Notes under the pieces: generated by a model
Database searches by the model: none
What the model saw: the letters and a program-made list of their open reading frames with translations, nothing else
What the model was told of the DNA's origin: nothing
NCBI GenBank assembly: GCA_965223855.1
Contig: CBDCXM010000002.1
Span: 64,001-128,000, forward strand
DNA: 64,000 nt
Source: Candidatus Multivoradales bacterium
GTDB taxonomy: Bacteria; Acidobacteriota; Thermoanaerobaculia; Multivoradales; JAHEKO01
Reading direction: 5' to 3'
Shown here: in pieces, positions 8,245 through 19,968 of the stretch
Layout: each line of letters starts with the position of its first letter
How positions within the stretch are numbered: position 1 is the stretch's first letter
Position numbers and translations under genes: made by a program

Positions 8245-10793
8245 CAGCGGGTCGTCAGGTCGCCGTCGCGAAGCGCGGTATCGCGTTCGCTCATGGTGCC
8301 GGTAGCGCCGCGCATGCCGCTGCGCAGCTTGTGCTTGAAGTCGTCGATCGCGCGGCCGTCACCCCCTTCGGCGGGAGTGGGAACGACGAGCGTCTCGCCG
8401 AAATCAACCTGAGGAAAGGCGCGCGGCCCGAAGCGGGCCTCGCCTGAGCGGTCGCGGGCGCGCAGGCCGGCGAGGATCATGTGGGGGTGGATCGGCACCT
8501 GGTCGACTCGGACTCCGACCGCGTCGTAGATCGAGTTCGCTAGTGCCGGCATCACCGGGAGCAATGGCCCCTGGCCGACCTCCTTGGCGCCGAACGGACC
8601 CTCCGGATCGGGATCCTCGATGATGTAGCTGGTAACGGGAGGCATGTCCTCGAAGGTCGGGCTCTTGTACTCGAGGATCGACGGCATCTTGTGCACGAGG
8701 GCGCCGGAGCGCTGCTTCGGCAGACGTCGGAAGGCCTGCTCTTCCATCATCGCCTCTCCCAGCCCCATGTAGACGCCACCCTCGATCTGCCCCATCACCA
8801 GCACCGGGTTGATGCACTTGCCGACGTCGTGGGCAAGCCAGACGTGGACCGGCCGGTAGAGCCCGGTTTCCATGTCGACCTCGGTTTCGATGACCGCGGC
8901 GGAGTAGGAGTAGGCGGGCGACGGTCCGACTCCGGCGCCGCGGTACTTGCCGGGCGAACGGGGCGGGATGTAGCTGCCGACGAATCCGAGGGTGCCGTGC
9001 GCCGCCTCCGCGGCGATGCAGGCGTCGGCGAAGTCGAGGCCGTTGTCGGTGTCGGCGGCGTCGAACACCCGTCTCTCGGCGAACACCAGCCGGTCGGGGG
9101 GTACCTCGAGTCTCTGCCCGACCGCCTTCGCGATGACGTCCCGTGCTCGCTCCGCCGCCTGAAGGGCGGCGTTGCCGACCATCAGCGTGACGCGGGACGA
9201 GTAGCTTCCGAGATCGACCGGTGTGAGGTCGGTGTCGGCGACGCAGAGGCGAAGGTCGCCCAACTCGACGCCGAGCAGCTCGGCGACGACCGCCGCCAGC
9301 ACGGAGTCCGAGCCCTGGCCGATCTCCGCCTCGCCGCAGAAGACCGCGACCCGGCCGGATCGATCGAGCTGCAACTGCACTCCCGACTGCGGCATGTGAT
9401 TCCAGTAGATCGGCAGGCCGGCGCCGCAGAGGTAGGAGCCGCAGGCGAGGCCGAGGCCGCGGCCTGGGGGCAGCTTGCCGTAACGCTCCTTCCACCCGGA
9501 TCCTTCGACGACCGCCTCGATGCAGGCGCCGAGGCCCATCGAGCCGATCCGAAGCCAGTTGGCCGTGACGGTGTCCGGCTCGGCGAGGTTGCGCAGCCGC
9601 AGCTCGGCCGGGTCGATGCCGAGCTTCTCGGCCGCCTTGTCGAGGTGGATCTCGAAGGCGAAGCGCGGCTGAGGCGTGCCGTGGCCCCGCTTCGGGCCGC
9701 ACGGCGGCTTGTTGGTGAAGACCCGCACTCCGTCGAAGCGGTAGGCCGGAAGGTCGTAGGTGACGGTCTGAAGCGCGCCGGTGTAGTAGGTCGAGGCGAC
9801 TCCGTAGCTGCCGTAGGCTCCGCCGTCGAGCCCGGTCTTGAGGTGCTGCGCGAGCAGGCGACCGTCGGACGAGAAGCCGGAGCGCACCGACATGAGGACC
9901 GGGTGTCGGCCCCGATGGCAGTAGAAGACCTCCTCGCGGGTGAGCGTCACCTTGACCGGGCGGCCGAGATCGAGCGCCATCCGAGCGGCGACCACCTCGT
10001 GGTTGAACGGGTCGCTCTTGCCGCCGAAGCCGCCGCCGTTGGAGCAGGCGACGACCCGAATCCTCGAAGCGGGAATGTCGAGCACCCTGGCGAGTGCACG
10101 GTGCACGTAGTGCGGCGTCTGAGTCGAGGAGTAGAGGGTCACCCGGTCGTCGTCTTCCGGCACCGCGACCGCCGAGTGCTGCTCCATCGGCAGGTGGGTG
10201 TTGCCCTCGTAGAAGACCGTGTCTTCGAGCACCAGGTCGGCCGCGTCGAGGCCTGCCTCGACATCACCGAACCTCATCGACACCCGCTTGTGAACGTTGC
10301 CGCCGTCGCCGTAGTCGTGAATCCTCGGCTCGTCGGTCTCGAGCGCCTCCTCGAGCGAGGCGATCGTCTCGAGAGGGCGGTACTTGACCCGGACCTTCCA
10401 CGCCGCCTCGTAGGCGGCGTCCTCGGTGAGTGCTGCCACCGCAGCGACCGGGTCGCCGACGAATCGCACCTTGTCGGGGCACAGGGCGTGCTCGTCCTGC
10501 GACACCGGCAGGATGCCGAAGGTCTCGGGCATGTCCCTGCCGGTCAGGAAGCCGAGGACACCCTCGACCTTCTCGGCTTCGGAGAAGTCGATCGACTCGA
10601 TCTCGGCATGCGGGACGGTCGAGCGCACCAGGCGCAGGTGGCACATCCTCGGGAAGACGAGGTCGTCGGCGAAGAGCGTCGTGCCGGTGACCTTCGCCCG
10701 CCCGTCGACACGCCGGAACGGCTTGCCGACGATGTTCGAGGCCTCCCGGACCGGGGGCCGCTCGGGAGCGTCCCTGCGAACGGGTTCGGCCAC
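8244..10793 (-). CDS. hcrA: Xanthine dehydrogenase-family molybdopterin subunit, HcrA-like
   Basis: KVTG, GGGFGGK, RGHGTPQ, IGQGS, GSYSSR, GQIEGG and GAKEVG motifs. Confidence 0.85.
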   Translation of the reverse strand: MAEPVRRDAPERPPVREASNIVGKPFRRVDGRAKVTGTTLFADDLVFPRMCHLRLVRSTVPHAEIESIDFSEAEKVEGVLGFLTGRDMPETFGILPVSQDEHALCPDKVRFVGDPVAAVAALTEDAAYEAAWKVRVKYRPLETIASLEEALETDEPRIHDYGDGGNVHKRVSMRFGDVEAGLDAADLVLEDTVFYEGNTHLPMEQHSAVAVPEDDDRVTLYSSTQTPHYVHRALARVLDIPASRIRVVACSNGGGFGGKSDPFNHEVVAARMALDLGRPVKVTLTREEVFYCHRGRHPVLMSVRSGFSSDGRLLAQHLKTGLDGGAYGSYGVASTYYTGALQTVTYDLPAYRFDGVRVFTNKPPCGPKRGHGTPQPRFAFEIHLDKAAEKLGIDPAELRLRNLAEPDTVTANWLRIGSMGLGACIEAVVEGSGWKERYGKLPPGRGLGLACGSYLCGAGLPIYWNHMPQSGVQLQLDRSGRVAVFCGEAEIGQGSDSVLAAVVAELLGVELGDLRLCVADTDLTPVDLGSYSSRVTLMVGNAALQAAERARDVIAKAVGQRLEVPPDRLVFAERRVFDAADTDNGLDFADACIAAEAAHGTLGFVGSYIPPRSPGKYRGAGVGPSPAYSYSAAVIETEVDMETGLYRPVHVWLAHDVGKCINPVLVMGQIEGGVYMGLGEAMMEEQAFRRLPKQRSGALVHKMPSILEYKSPTFEDMPPVTSYIIEDPDPEGPFGAKEVGQGPLLPVMPALANSIYDAVGVRVDQVPIHPHMILAGLRARDRSGEARFGPRAFPQVDFGETLVVPTPAEGGDGRAIDDFKHKLRSGMRGATGTMSERDTALRDGDLTTR

Positions 10794-10832
10794 GTCAGCG
10801 GACCTCCGCGTTGGGACTTTCGTCGCCCGATC

Positions 10833-11372
10833 TCATCCGTCGTCCCCCGGCGGCGGAGATCCGTAGAGAACCTCCCGCGACGGCTCCCAATCCTCTCCGC
10901 GGGCCAGTGCGGCGGCGCCCTCCACCGCCTCGACGATCTTGTGGTAGCCGGTGCAGCGGCACAGATTGCCGCCGAGCGCCTCGTTGATCTCCTCGCGTTC
11001 GGGATCCGGGTTTTCGGCCAGGAGAGCCTTGGCGGTCATCAGGATGCCGGGAGTGCAGTAGCCGCATTGGGCGGCGCCGAGGTCGGCGAAGGTTTCCTGG
11101 AGCGGGTGGAGGCGGTTGCCGTCGGTGAGCCCTTCGACCGTCTCGATCTCGCGCCCTTCGAGCTCCGCTGCGAGCGCGAGGCAGGAGAGGATCGGCCGCC
11201 CGTCGACGAGCACGGCGCAGGTGCCGCATTCGCCCAGTTCGCAGCCGTGCTTGGTTCCGGTGAGGCCGCATTCCTCCCGCAGAACTTCGAGCAGGGTGTG
11301 GTGGGTGGGCGCCAGCACGCGGTGACGCTCGCCGTTGACGACCAGTTCGAGCTGGAGGACGGGTGGACTCAT
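10833..11372 (-). CDS. hcrC: [2Fe-2S] subunit, HcrC/CoxS-like
   Basis: [22 protein letters not shown] and NLCRCTGY motifs. Confidence 0.9.
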   Translation of the reverse strand: MSPPVLQLELVVNGERHRVLAPTHHTLLEVLREECGLTGTKHGCELGECGTCAVLVDGRPILSCLALAAELEGREIETVEGLTDGNRLHPLQETFADLGAAQCGYCTPGILMTAKALLAENPDPEREEINEALGGNLCRCTGYHKIVEAVEGAAALARGEDWEPSREVLYGSPPPGDDG

Positions 11373-11507
11373 CGTGGGTGCGGCGCGTTGCCTGGTGCGG
11401 CGCGGTGCTGGGCCGTGACGGGCGCGATCTTACACTCGCCCGCGACCGCCCGTCCGGTTCGCCTCGCGCGCCTCCGCTGCCCTCCGGGGCCTATCCTGGC
11501 AGGGGCG

Positions 11508-12275
11508 TCAGGGCTGGAAGAGCGCCGTCAGCTCCGCGTCGTCCGGATCGGTGGAGAGACTCACCTCGGGGAAGAAGATCCTCACCGCCGGCCCTTCGCC
11601 GGCACGGACCTTCGAGTGCGAAAGCTTCACCCCGGGGGCGTGCTCGGTCCACTCGGTCCACTCCCAGATCGTCGGCTCTCCCTCCCCGGCGGCCCCGTCC
11701 TCGGCCTGGAGCACGTAGGCCCAGCGGTCCATCAGACCGTTCTCCCGATCGACGTAGCCGTAGTAGCGATCCCCCGAGGTCAGGCCGGTGCCGTCATCGA
11801 AGGTCAACTCGACCACGTCGTGCCCGTCGTCCGCGGCGGAAGCCGTTGCGAGATGGACACCGGGGTCCTGCCACTTGAAGGGCATCAGCAGCCAGTAGCT
11901 GTCGTTGATGAAGCGACCGTACGCCTGCTCGAGCGCCCCCTCGAGCGCCTCGCCCGAGAGCTCCTCGTCACCGAGCCAGGCAGCACCCTGTCTGGTACCG
12001 ATGTTGAACATCGCCAGCGTCGGTGCTCCGCTCTCGCGATCGACACCCTCCACACGGTAGTCGCCGGTCCAGCGGTCCCAGGCGTGTCGAACCTCGACGA
12101 CCACCTCACCGTCCCGCTCGACCGCCCAGGTGAACTCGAGAAGGCGGACCTTCTCGAACGCCTCGGCGCCGATCGCCATCTCGAGTCTGCGCGCTGTCTC
12201 GGCGGCGCCGTCGTCGGCCGCAAGCGGAACGGCGAGAAGCAGTGTCAGGGCAAGGGCGGACAGAGATCGATTCAT
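11508..12275 (-). CDS. Secreted hypothetical protein
   Basis: Signal peptide; FINDSYWLLMPFK and GLTSGDRY segments typical of a periplasmic family of unknown function. Confidence 0.8.
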   Translation of the reverse strand: MNRSLSALALTLLLAVPLAADDGAAETARRLEMAIGAEAFEKVRLLEFTWAVERDGEVVVEVRHAWDRWTGDYRVEGVDRESGAPTLAMFNIGTRQGAAWLGDEELSGEALEGALEQAYGRFINDSYWLLMPFKWQDPGVHLATASAADDGHDVVELTFDDGTGLTSGDRYYGYVDRENGLMDRWAYVLQAEDGAAGEGEPTIWEWTEWTEHAPGVKLSHSKVRAGEGPAVRIFFPEVSLSTDPDDAELTALFQP

Positions 12276-12276
12276 T

Positions 12277-14154
12277 TCAGGGGCTCCACTGTGAACCGGG
12301 CGGGCGGAAGTAGACGGTCAGCAGGGCTTCACCCGCTCCGTCGTCCTGACGCACGGCGAGCGCGTGAACGATGGTCGCGGCGGCGCCCCGCGCGATGCGG
12401 GGCGGGCCGAGAAAGGACACTGCATCGCCGTCGCACGGACGGTCGGGCAGGCAGGGTTCGCGGCCGGAGGAGTCTTCGTACTCGAACTGAAAGCCGACGA
12501 AGCGCGCTCCCTTGGGAAGAACCACTCCCAGGGGGGCACAACCGAGCGCCCGAGCCTTCTCGAGGTCGGCCGTCAGGCCGGACTCGCCTCCACCGGAGAC
12601 GCGGCGCAGCACCCCATCGTCGCCGCCGACGCGGCCGACAAGAGCGGAGAGCTCCACCGCGCCTTCGTCGGCGAGCTCGGCAAGCCCGGAGACCAGGCCG
12701 TCGGCCGTGCCCGCCGGGCAGGCGCCGCGCGACAGCGGTGTGCGGACCGTGACCGCCCACTCACCGGGTCGGCATTCGGGGCAGGTCCGCTTCGAGGCGG
12801 CTCGCCATTCGGCCGGCGGGAGCGGGTGATCGGCGACGGCAGCCGTCGCCGGGGGTGCCGCCTCGGGCTGCGGGGGGGCGACCGGCCGAGGCTCGACGGC
12901 CGGCTGGGGCTCGACGGCCGGCTCCGGCACCGGTGCCGCTTCCTCGGCGGCAGGGGGTGTCGGCGCCGCCGCTTCGGCCATCTCGGCGGTCGGCAGCTCG
13001 GTTTCGGCCGGTCCGGAACTCGGCAACTCGGTTTCCGGCAACTCGGTTTCCGGCAGCTCGGGCTTCGGCAGCTCGGTTTCCGGCATCTCCGGCTCGGGCA
13101 TTTCCGGCTCCGGCAGCCCGGCTTCGGGAACCGTCGGCTCGGGTACCCGCGGTTCCGGGAGGTCGCTCTCCGGCACCGCGACCGCCGCGGGCGTTTCGAG
13201 CGGAGGCGTTACTGCTGCGCTCGGCGCTTCTTCGGCGGGTGGTGCTTCCGGGCTGGCTGTCTCGGAACTGGCAGTCTCGGAACTGGCAGTCTCCGAGCTG
13301 GCAGTCCCCGGCCCGGGAGGTTCCGGCGTCGCCGGCTCGGGCATCGACGGCATCTTCGCCTCGATGCTCTCTGACGTAGGAGGCGGAGCGACGGGCACGG
13401 CGACTTCTTTGACCGTCGACTCCTCGGCCGCTTCGGTGGCCTGCTCCTGCTGCGGCTCGGTGGTCGTGACCGGGGGCGTTGTCGGCGCGGTAGCCGGTGT
13501 CGGTCCCGGCTCCGTCACTCCGGCCGGCGACTCCGGATCTCCGGTCGCCACCGGCTCGCTCGCGGCCACGGCTGCCGCATCAGGAGTGGCTGCCGCCCGA
13601 TCCTCGATCGTGGCCTCACCAGTCGCCGTTTCGGCGGCAGGCTGCTCCGCTTCGGGCTGCGCTGGAGGGGGCGGAGTTTCGGCGACCTGCGGCGGCAGCG
13701 GTGGCGAGGGCCGCCCGCCACGTGCCCGCGACAGCTTGACCTGGATCGGCACCGAGGCGCCCGTTCCCGCCTCGAGGAACGAGGCGGTGATGGCCGGTTT
13801 GGCCTTCGTGTCGAGGCGGGCCACGGCGACGAACGACATGAAGTCGGGGTGACGCACCTCGATCTGCCAGGTTCCTGGCGCCAGACCCAGCACCACCGCC
13901 GTTCCCCTGGAATCGGTGGCCACCGCCGCGGGCCCGCCGCCGTCCCGGCCGTCGCGATACTTCAGCTCGACTCTGGCGCCGGAGACGGCCCCCCCTCTCC
14001 GGCTCGAGACCTTGATCTCGAGACCGGTGGAACCCTGCCATGGCTGGGCGTCCAGACCCAGTGCGACAAGGCTCAGAACTGCGGCCGTCAGCCATCGACG
14101 GGCGTTGCTCGGCCACCCTGGCCACCTGGTTGGGCAGTTCCCTGGCTTCATCAT
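12277..14154 (-). CDS. Secreted protein with carboxypeptidase-regulatory-like domain, long Pro/Glu/Ala linker and Cys-containing C-terminal domain
   Basis: Hydrophobic signal and GAVSGARV..TDSRG..GLAPGTW. The upstream part of the track ORF is antisense to ilvE, so the start was trimmed to ATG 14154. Confidence 0.7.
   Translation of the reverse strand: MMKPGNCPTRWPGWPSNARRWLTAAVLSLVALGLDAQPWQGSTGLEIKVSSRRGGAVSGARVELKYRDGRDGGGPAAVATDSRGTAVVLGLAPGTWQIEVRHPDFMSFVAVARLDTKAKPAITASFLEAGTGASVPIQVKLSRARGGRPSPPLPPQVAETPPPPAQPEAEQPAAETATGEATIEDRAAATPDAAAVAASEPVATGDPESPAGVTEPGPTPATAPTTPPVTTTEPQQEQATEAAEESTVKEVAVPVAPPPTSESIEAKMPSMPEPATPEPPGPGTASSETASSETASSETASPEAPPAEEAPSAAVTPPLETPAAVAVPESDLPEPRVPEPTVPEAGLPEPEMPEPEMPETELPKPELPETELPETELPSSGPAETELPTAEMAEAAAPTPPAAEEAAPVPEPAVEPQPAVEPRPVAPPQPEAAPPATAAVADHPLPPAEWRAASKRTCPECRPGEWAVTVRTPLSRGACPAGTADGLVSGLAELADEGAVELSALVGRVGGDDGVLRRVSGGGESGLTADLEKARALGCAPLGVVLPKGARFVGFQFEYEDSSGREPCLPDRPCDGDAVSFLGPPRIARGAAATIVHALAVRQDDGAGEALLTVYFRPPGSQWSP
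13021..13306 (-). repeat. In-frame 15-bp coding tandem repeats (PETEL/PEPEM and SETAS pentapeptides)
   Basis: ggcaactcggtttcc-type units at about 13021-13175; ctcggaactggcagt-type unit x3 at 13261-13306. Confidence 0.85.
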
Positions 14155-14283
14155 CCGCGTCTCCGGGTTTCGGGGAAGATCGTCAGTGTACCCCGCCACG
14201 GGGAGTCGTGATCGGTGGGTTATACTCGCTGCTGCCGTATCCCGCCGCGGGCGCCTTCCGCGCCGCTTTTCACAAGGAGTTCC

Positions 14284-15231
14284 ATGACCGATCTCAAGAC
14301 TGCATTCGTTTGGATGGAGGGCCGTCTCATTCCGTTCGAGGAGGCCAACGTCCACCTGCTGACCCACTCGCTTCACTACGGCCTCGGGGTGTTCGAGGGC
14401 ACGCGCGCCTATCAGCAGACGGGCGGCGGCAGCGCCATCTTCCGCCTCGACGACCATCTGCGGCGTCTGTGGGGTTCGGCGAATGCAGTCGACATAGAGC
14501 TTCCGGTCGATCGGGAACAGGTTCGCCAGGGGTCGATCGACCTCGTCGAGGCGAACGGTATCGCCACCTGCTATCTGCGCCACATCGCGTGGATCGGCGC
14601 CGGGATCATGGGTCTGCACCCCAAGGACAACCCGATCCGTTTCGCCATCATTTCCTGGCCGTGGGGTGCCTATCTCGGCAAAGAAGGGCTCGAGAAGGGA
14701 GTCCGCTGCAAGGTCTCGAGTTTCACCCGGCCCTTCCCGAACTCGACCCTCACCAAGGCGAAGATCACCGGCAACTACGTCAACTCGATTCTCGCCAAGA
14801 GAGAAGTGGTGGCGATGGGGTACGACGAGGCGATTCTCGTCGACTCGAACGGCTTTCTCGCGGAGTGCAGCGGCGAGAACATCTTCCTCGTTCGCGATGG
14901 CGTCGTTCGCACGCCGGCGATGAGCAGCGTTCTCGAGGGGATCACCCGCGCGACGGTGATGAAGATCGCCCGCGATCTGGGCTACGTCGTCGAGCAGGCG
15001 ATTCTCACGCGCGACGACATGTACTTCGCCGACGAGGTCTTCATGACCGGCACGGCGGCCGAGGTGACGCCGGTGCGCGAGGTCGATGACCGGCCGGTGG
15101 GCGCGGGCACGGCTGGGCCGATCACCAAGCAGATTCAGGGCATCTTCTTCGAGACGATCCGCGGCGAGCGTCCGGAGTACGCCGACTGGCTCACGCCGGT
15201 GGCGATGCGCGAGACCGCCGCCGCTTCCTGA
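14284..15231 (+). CDS. ilvE: Branched-chain amino acid aminotransferase
   Basis: HSLHYGLGVFEG, KAKITGNY, ECSGENIF, LEGITR and GTAAEVTP motifs; SD AAGGAG. Confidence 0.95.
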   Translation: MTDLKTAFVWMEGRLIPFEEANVHLLTHSLHYGLGVFEGTRAYQQTGGGSAIFRLDDHLRRLWGSANAVDIELPVDREQVRQGSIDLVEANGIATCYLRHIAWIGAGIMGLHPKDNPIRFAIISWPWGAYLGKEGLEKGVRCKVSSFTRPFPNSTLTKAKITGNYVNSILAKREVVAMGYDEAILVDSNGFLAECSGENIFLVRDGVVRTPAMSSVLEGITRATVMKIARDLGYVVEQAILTRDDMYFADEVFMTGTAAEVTPVREVDDRPVGAGTAGPITKQIQGIFFETIRGERPEYADWLTPVAMRETAAAS

Positions 15232-15733
15232 TCGCGTCGACCGGCTCGACGGCTCTCGGCGACGTCGGCGTGGCGGCGCCGGCGGCAGGCTGCCTCGTCA
15301 CGAGGTAGGGGTAGTCGCCACCGGCCGCGAGCAGGTTGCGACGCGCGGGCAGGGTCGTCAGGTAGGTCAGGCACAGGTCGGCGGCGCTCCGTCGCCTCAG
15401 GACGGTGTCGAGGAAGGAGCGCTGCCACAGTCGGGGTGGTCCACCGGCGCGCACGACGAGCCTTGCGGTGGCCGACTTGAACCGTGCCACCAGGCGGGGC
15501 AGGTCTCGACCGTCGTCGAGCAGCCAGTGCAGGCGGTCGGGCAGGACCAGGCCGCAGCGGGTCCTTGGATGGACGGCGAGCGCTTCGAACACGAGCCTGG
15601 CGAGGCGGGGTTCCCCGAGAGTGGGTCTCCCGCCGGCGGTGCCGATCCACACATGAACCGGGAGGGCGGGGTAACGGGGCAGGCGGTGGCGGGCCGGCGG
15701 GTGGAGTTCCCACGGTCGCAGTGCGGTCGTCAT
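15191..15733 (-). CDS. Degenerate REP-associated tyrosine transposase (RAYT/Y1 HUH) homolog
   Basis: VLPDRLHWLL, FKSATAR and LWQRSFLDTVLR resemble the RAYT motifs MPDHxH, FK and WQxxFxDHxIR. Confidence 0.6.
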   Translation of the reverse strand: MTTALRPWELHPPARHRLPRYPALPVHVWIGTAGGRPTLGEPRLARLVFEALAVHPRTRCGLVLPDRLHWLLDDGRDLPRLVARFKSATARLVVRAGGPPRLWQRSFLDTVLRRRSAADLCLTYLTTLPARRNLLAAGGDYPYLVTRQPAAGAATPTSPRAVEPVDAIRKRRRSRASPPA

Positions 15734-15815
15734 GCCCCACAGGACGGATTCCGTCCGTGAGGTCGCACACCGATCCCCTCGACGACTGCCCGCCGGCAGC
15801 CGTCGAGGGTTCAGG

Positions 15816-17981
<2,166 letters not shown>

Positions 17982-18485
17982 GCGAAGCTCCTTCTTTCGG
18001 GGACGGTCTGGTCGAGCGACCCTATCGGATTGCGGTCCGACGGTTCCGGCTGTTTGGGCTGAGCGAGCTGGTCGAGCTGGTCGGACAGACAGGACTCGGC
18101 CCGACCGCAGCGATCGAGGCGTCTTGACCGGGCACTGGATCGGCAGCGAGTCAGCCGAGCGTCGTGGTGCGGCGCATGATCGCTTTCCCGGTAGGCAGGA
18201 GGTGCGGTTGGCCTGTGCGCTTGGGGAGCGGGCTCGCCCGGCGAGCCGATCCTCGTGTCGGCTGCCTGCGAATCGTCCGGCGGAGGGCCAGCCTTTGACC
18301 CCACGCGGCGAAGCACGAAGTCGCCGCCACAGCCATCGATTCGGCAACGCGGAACGGCCGTGCTTCCGGCGGTCGATCGAGCACCTGACCACCTGGAAGC
18401 CCTTCTCTACGGGCGTTGCAGTCCCGGCGACGGTCGTCCTCGAGCGCTTCCGTGGCCTAGCTCGACCGTCGGTTTTTCCCGGACC

Positions 18486-19883
18486 CTAGCGGTCGTAGTG
18501 AGCCGGCCGGGCGCCCGCGGCCATGATGAGGTGTCGCAGGAAGTCGATGAAGGCGGGCTGGTAGATATCGACGTGGTTGGGGATGATCTTCGGGTCGACT
18601 TCGACCACCATCACAGGAGCGTTCGACGGCAGGGGGCCGCCCTTCCAGACGAGTTCCGAGGTCGGGAACGGGAACTCGGATTCGCCGTTCGCGAGAAAGC
18701 GCCGCAATGCCGTCGCTCGCTCGCGCACGGCCCCGGGATCCTCGTTCGAGAGCATCGCGGAGCCGAGGTCGAACGGGCAGTCGCAGCTGGCGATCTTCGC
18801 TTTGTCTTCGACGCCGATCTTCGGCGTCCGATCGGTCGCCGTCAGCGCATGGGTGTTGTAGGGCTTGAAGTGGCCCAGCGTGCGCAGGTTGGCCTCGCGC
18901 TCGAGCTGTACCTTGCCCGGCGGGTAGTCGTCGAGCCGCACCGAAAGCGCGCGGCCCCTCGGGAACCACTTGCCGGTGGCGTCGTCTCCGGTCGATGTCG
19001 CGACGACGAAGATCGGCGGCTGGCAGGTCGGGAAGGAACCTTCCTGCGACAGGGCATGAAGCGGTTGGTAGCGAGCCGCCTCGAAGGCCGGATTGACGAG
19101 CAGGACGAGGTCGCCGAAGCCGCGAACGGCGTCGCCGGGCAGCGGCTGCCGCAGGCAGTCGATCTCCTCGGCGGCCGAGTCGTCGTCAGGCGCCCCTTCG
19201 GCGAGGGAGCGGGCGACCGCCATCCGCTCCATCAGCAGCTGTGACGTCGCCGACCAGATCAGGGCACCGCCGAAGCTGTGGCCGACGATCACCAGCCGGG
19301 TGTCGGAGTCGGTCACCGATCGGTGGCGCTCCTCGCGTAACTGCTTGAGCCGCACCAGGAGCTCCGTGACCGCTCCCGAGCCGACCTTGTGGGCGGTCGC
19401 CTTGCGGCCGTAGAAGGTGAGTTGGCGCGACACGGTGGTGTCCCAGGAGAGGCCGCGCCAGCCGACGTAGATGCCGACGATCCGGCGCTCCGCGCCCGGT
19501 GCGGCGACCGCCTTCTCGGTGGCGTGGAGCTGTTCCAGGATCGTGCGAAAGCAGGTGACGTTCGAGTCGCAGCTCTCCGAATTGTGCTTCCACCCGTGAG
19601 CGAAGACGACCATGAGGACGTCTCGTTCTTCGAGTTCGCGGCCGATCCGCTCGAGCAGAGTGGTCTGCTGGCGCCGATCGTGAGCCCAACCGAGGTCGTC
19701 GAACTCGACGAAGCCGAGCAGGTACTCCTCGCGCTCCTCGAGGAAGGCGGCCGAGCAGTCGCTCGTCTCGGCGGCGCATCCACCGCCCTCGATCGGTTCC
19801 GTGTGGTAGGGGACGACCGGCACCGTTCGGCAGCCGGCCGAGACCATGAGGAAGGCGAACAGAGCCAGGTGGCGCGGGCGCAT
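18486..19883 (-). CDS. Lipoprotein with alpha/beta-hydrolase-like fold
   Basis: Lipobox VSAGC; HGWKHN and GHSFGG nucleophile elbow. Confidence 0.75.
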   Translation of the reverse strand: MRPRHLALFAFLMVSAGCRTVPVVPYHTEPIEGGGCAAETSDCSAAFLEEREEYLLGFVEFDDLGWAHDRRQQTTLLERIGRELEERDVLMVVFAHGWKHNSESCDSNVTCFRTILEQLHATEKAVAAPGAERRIVGIYVGWRGLSWDTTVSRQLTFYGRKATAHKVGSGAVTELLVRLKQLREERHRSVTDSDTRLVIVGHSFGGALIWSATSQLLMERMAVARSLAEGAPDDDSAAEEIDCLRQPLPGDAVRGFGDLVLLVNPAFEAARYQPLHALSQEGSFPTCQPPIFVVATSTGDDATGKWFPRGRALSVRLDDYPPGKVQLEREANLRTLGHFKPYNTHALTATDRTPKIGVEDKAKIASCDCPFDLGSAMLSNEDPGAVRERATALRRFLANGESEFPFPTSELVWKGGPLPSNAPVMVVEVDPKIIPNHVDIYQPAFIDFLRHLIMAAGARPAHYDR

Positions 19884-19968
19884 CGACCGGCCGCGGCCTC
19901 GCGGGGCGACGGCGCTCTTGCCGGGGATGAGCCTCTTCGTATCGATACAAGACGATACCATGGGGGGC

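Noticed and set aside
8691-12752. 1353-aa plus-strand ORF
   Set aside because: Antisense shadow of hcrA, hcrC and the neighbouring genes in GC-rich DNA; no recognisable motifs.
17990-18480. About 500-bp intergenic region with a short gagctggtc repeat and small ORFs
   Set aside because: No convincing coding signal or RNA motif by eye.
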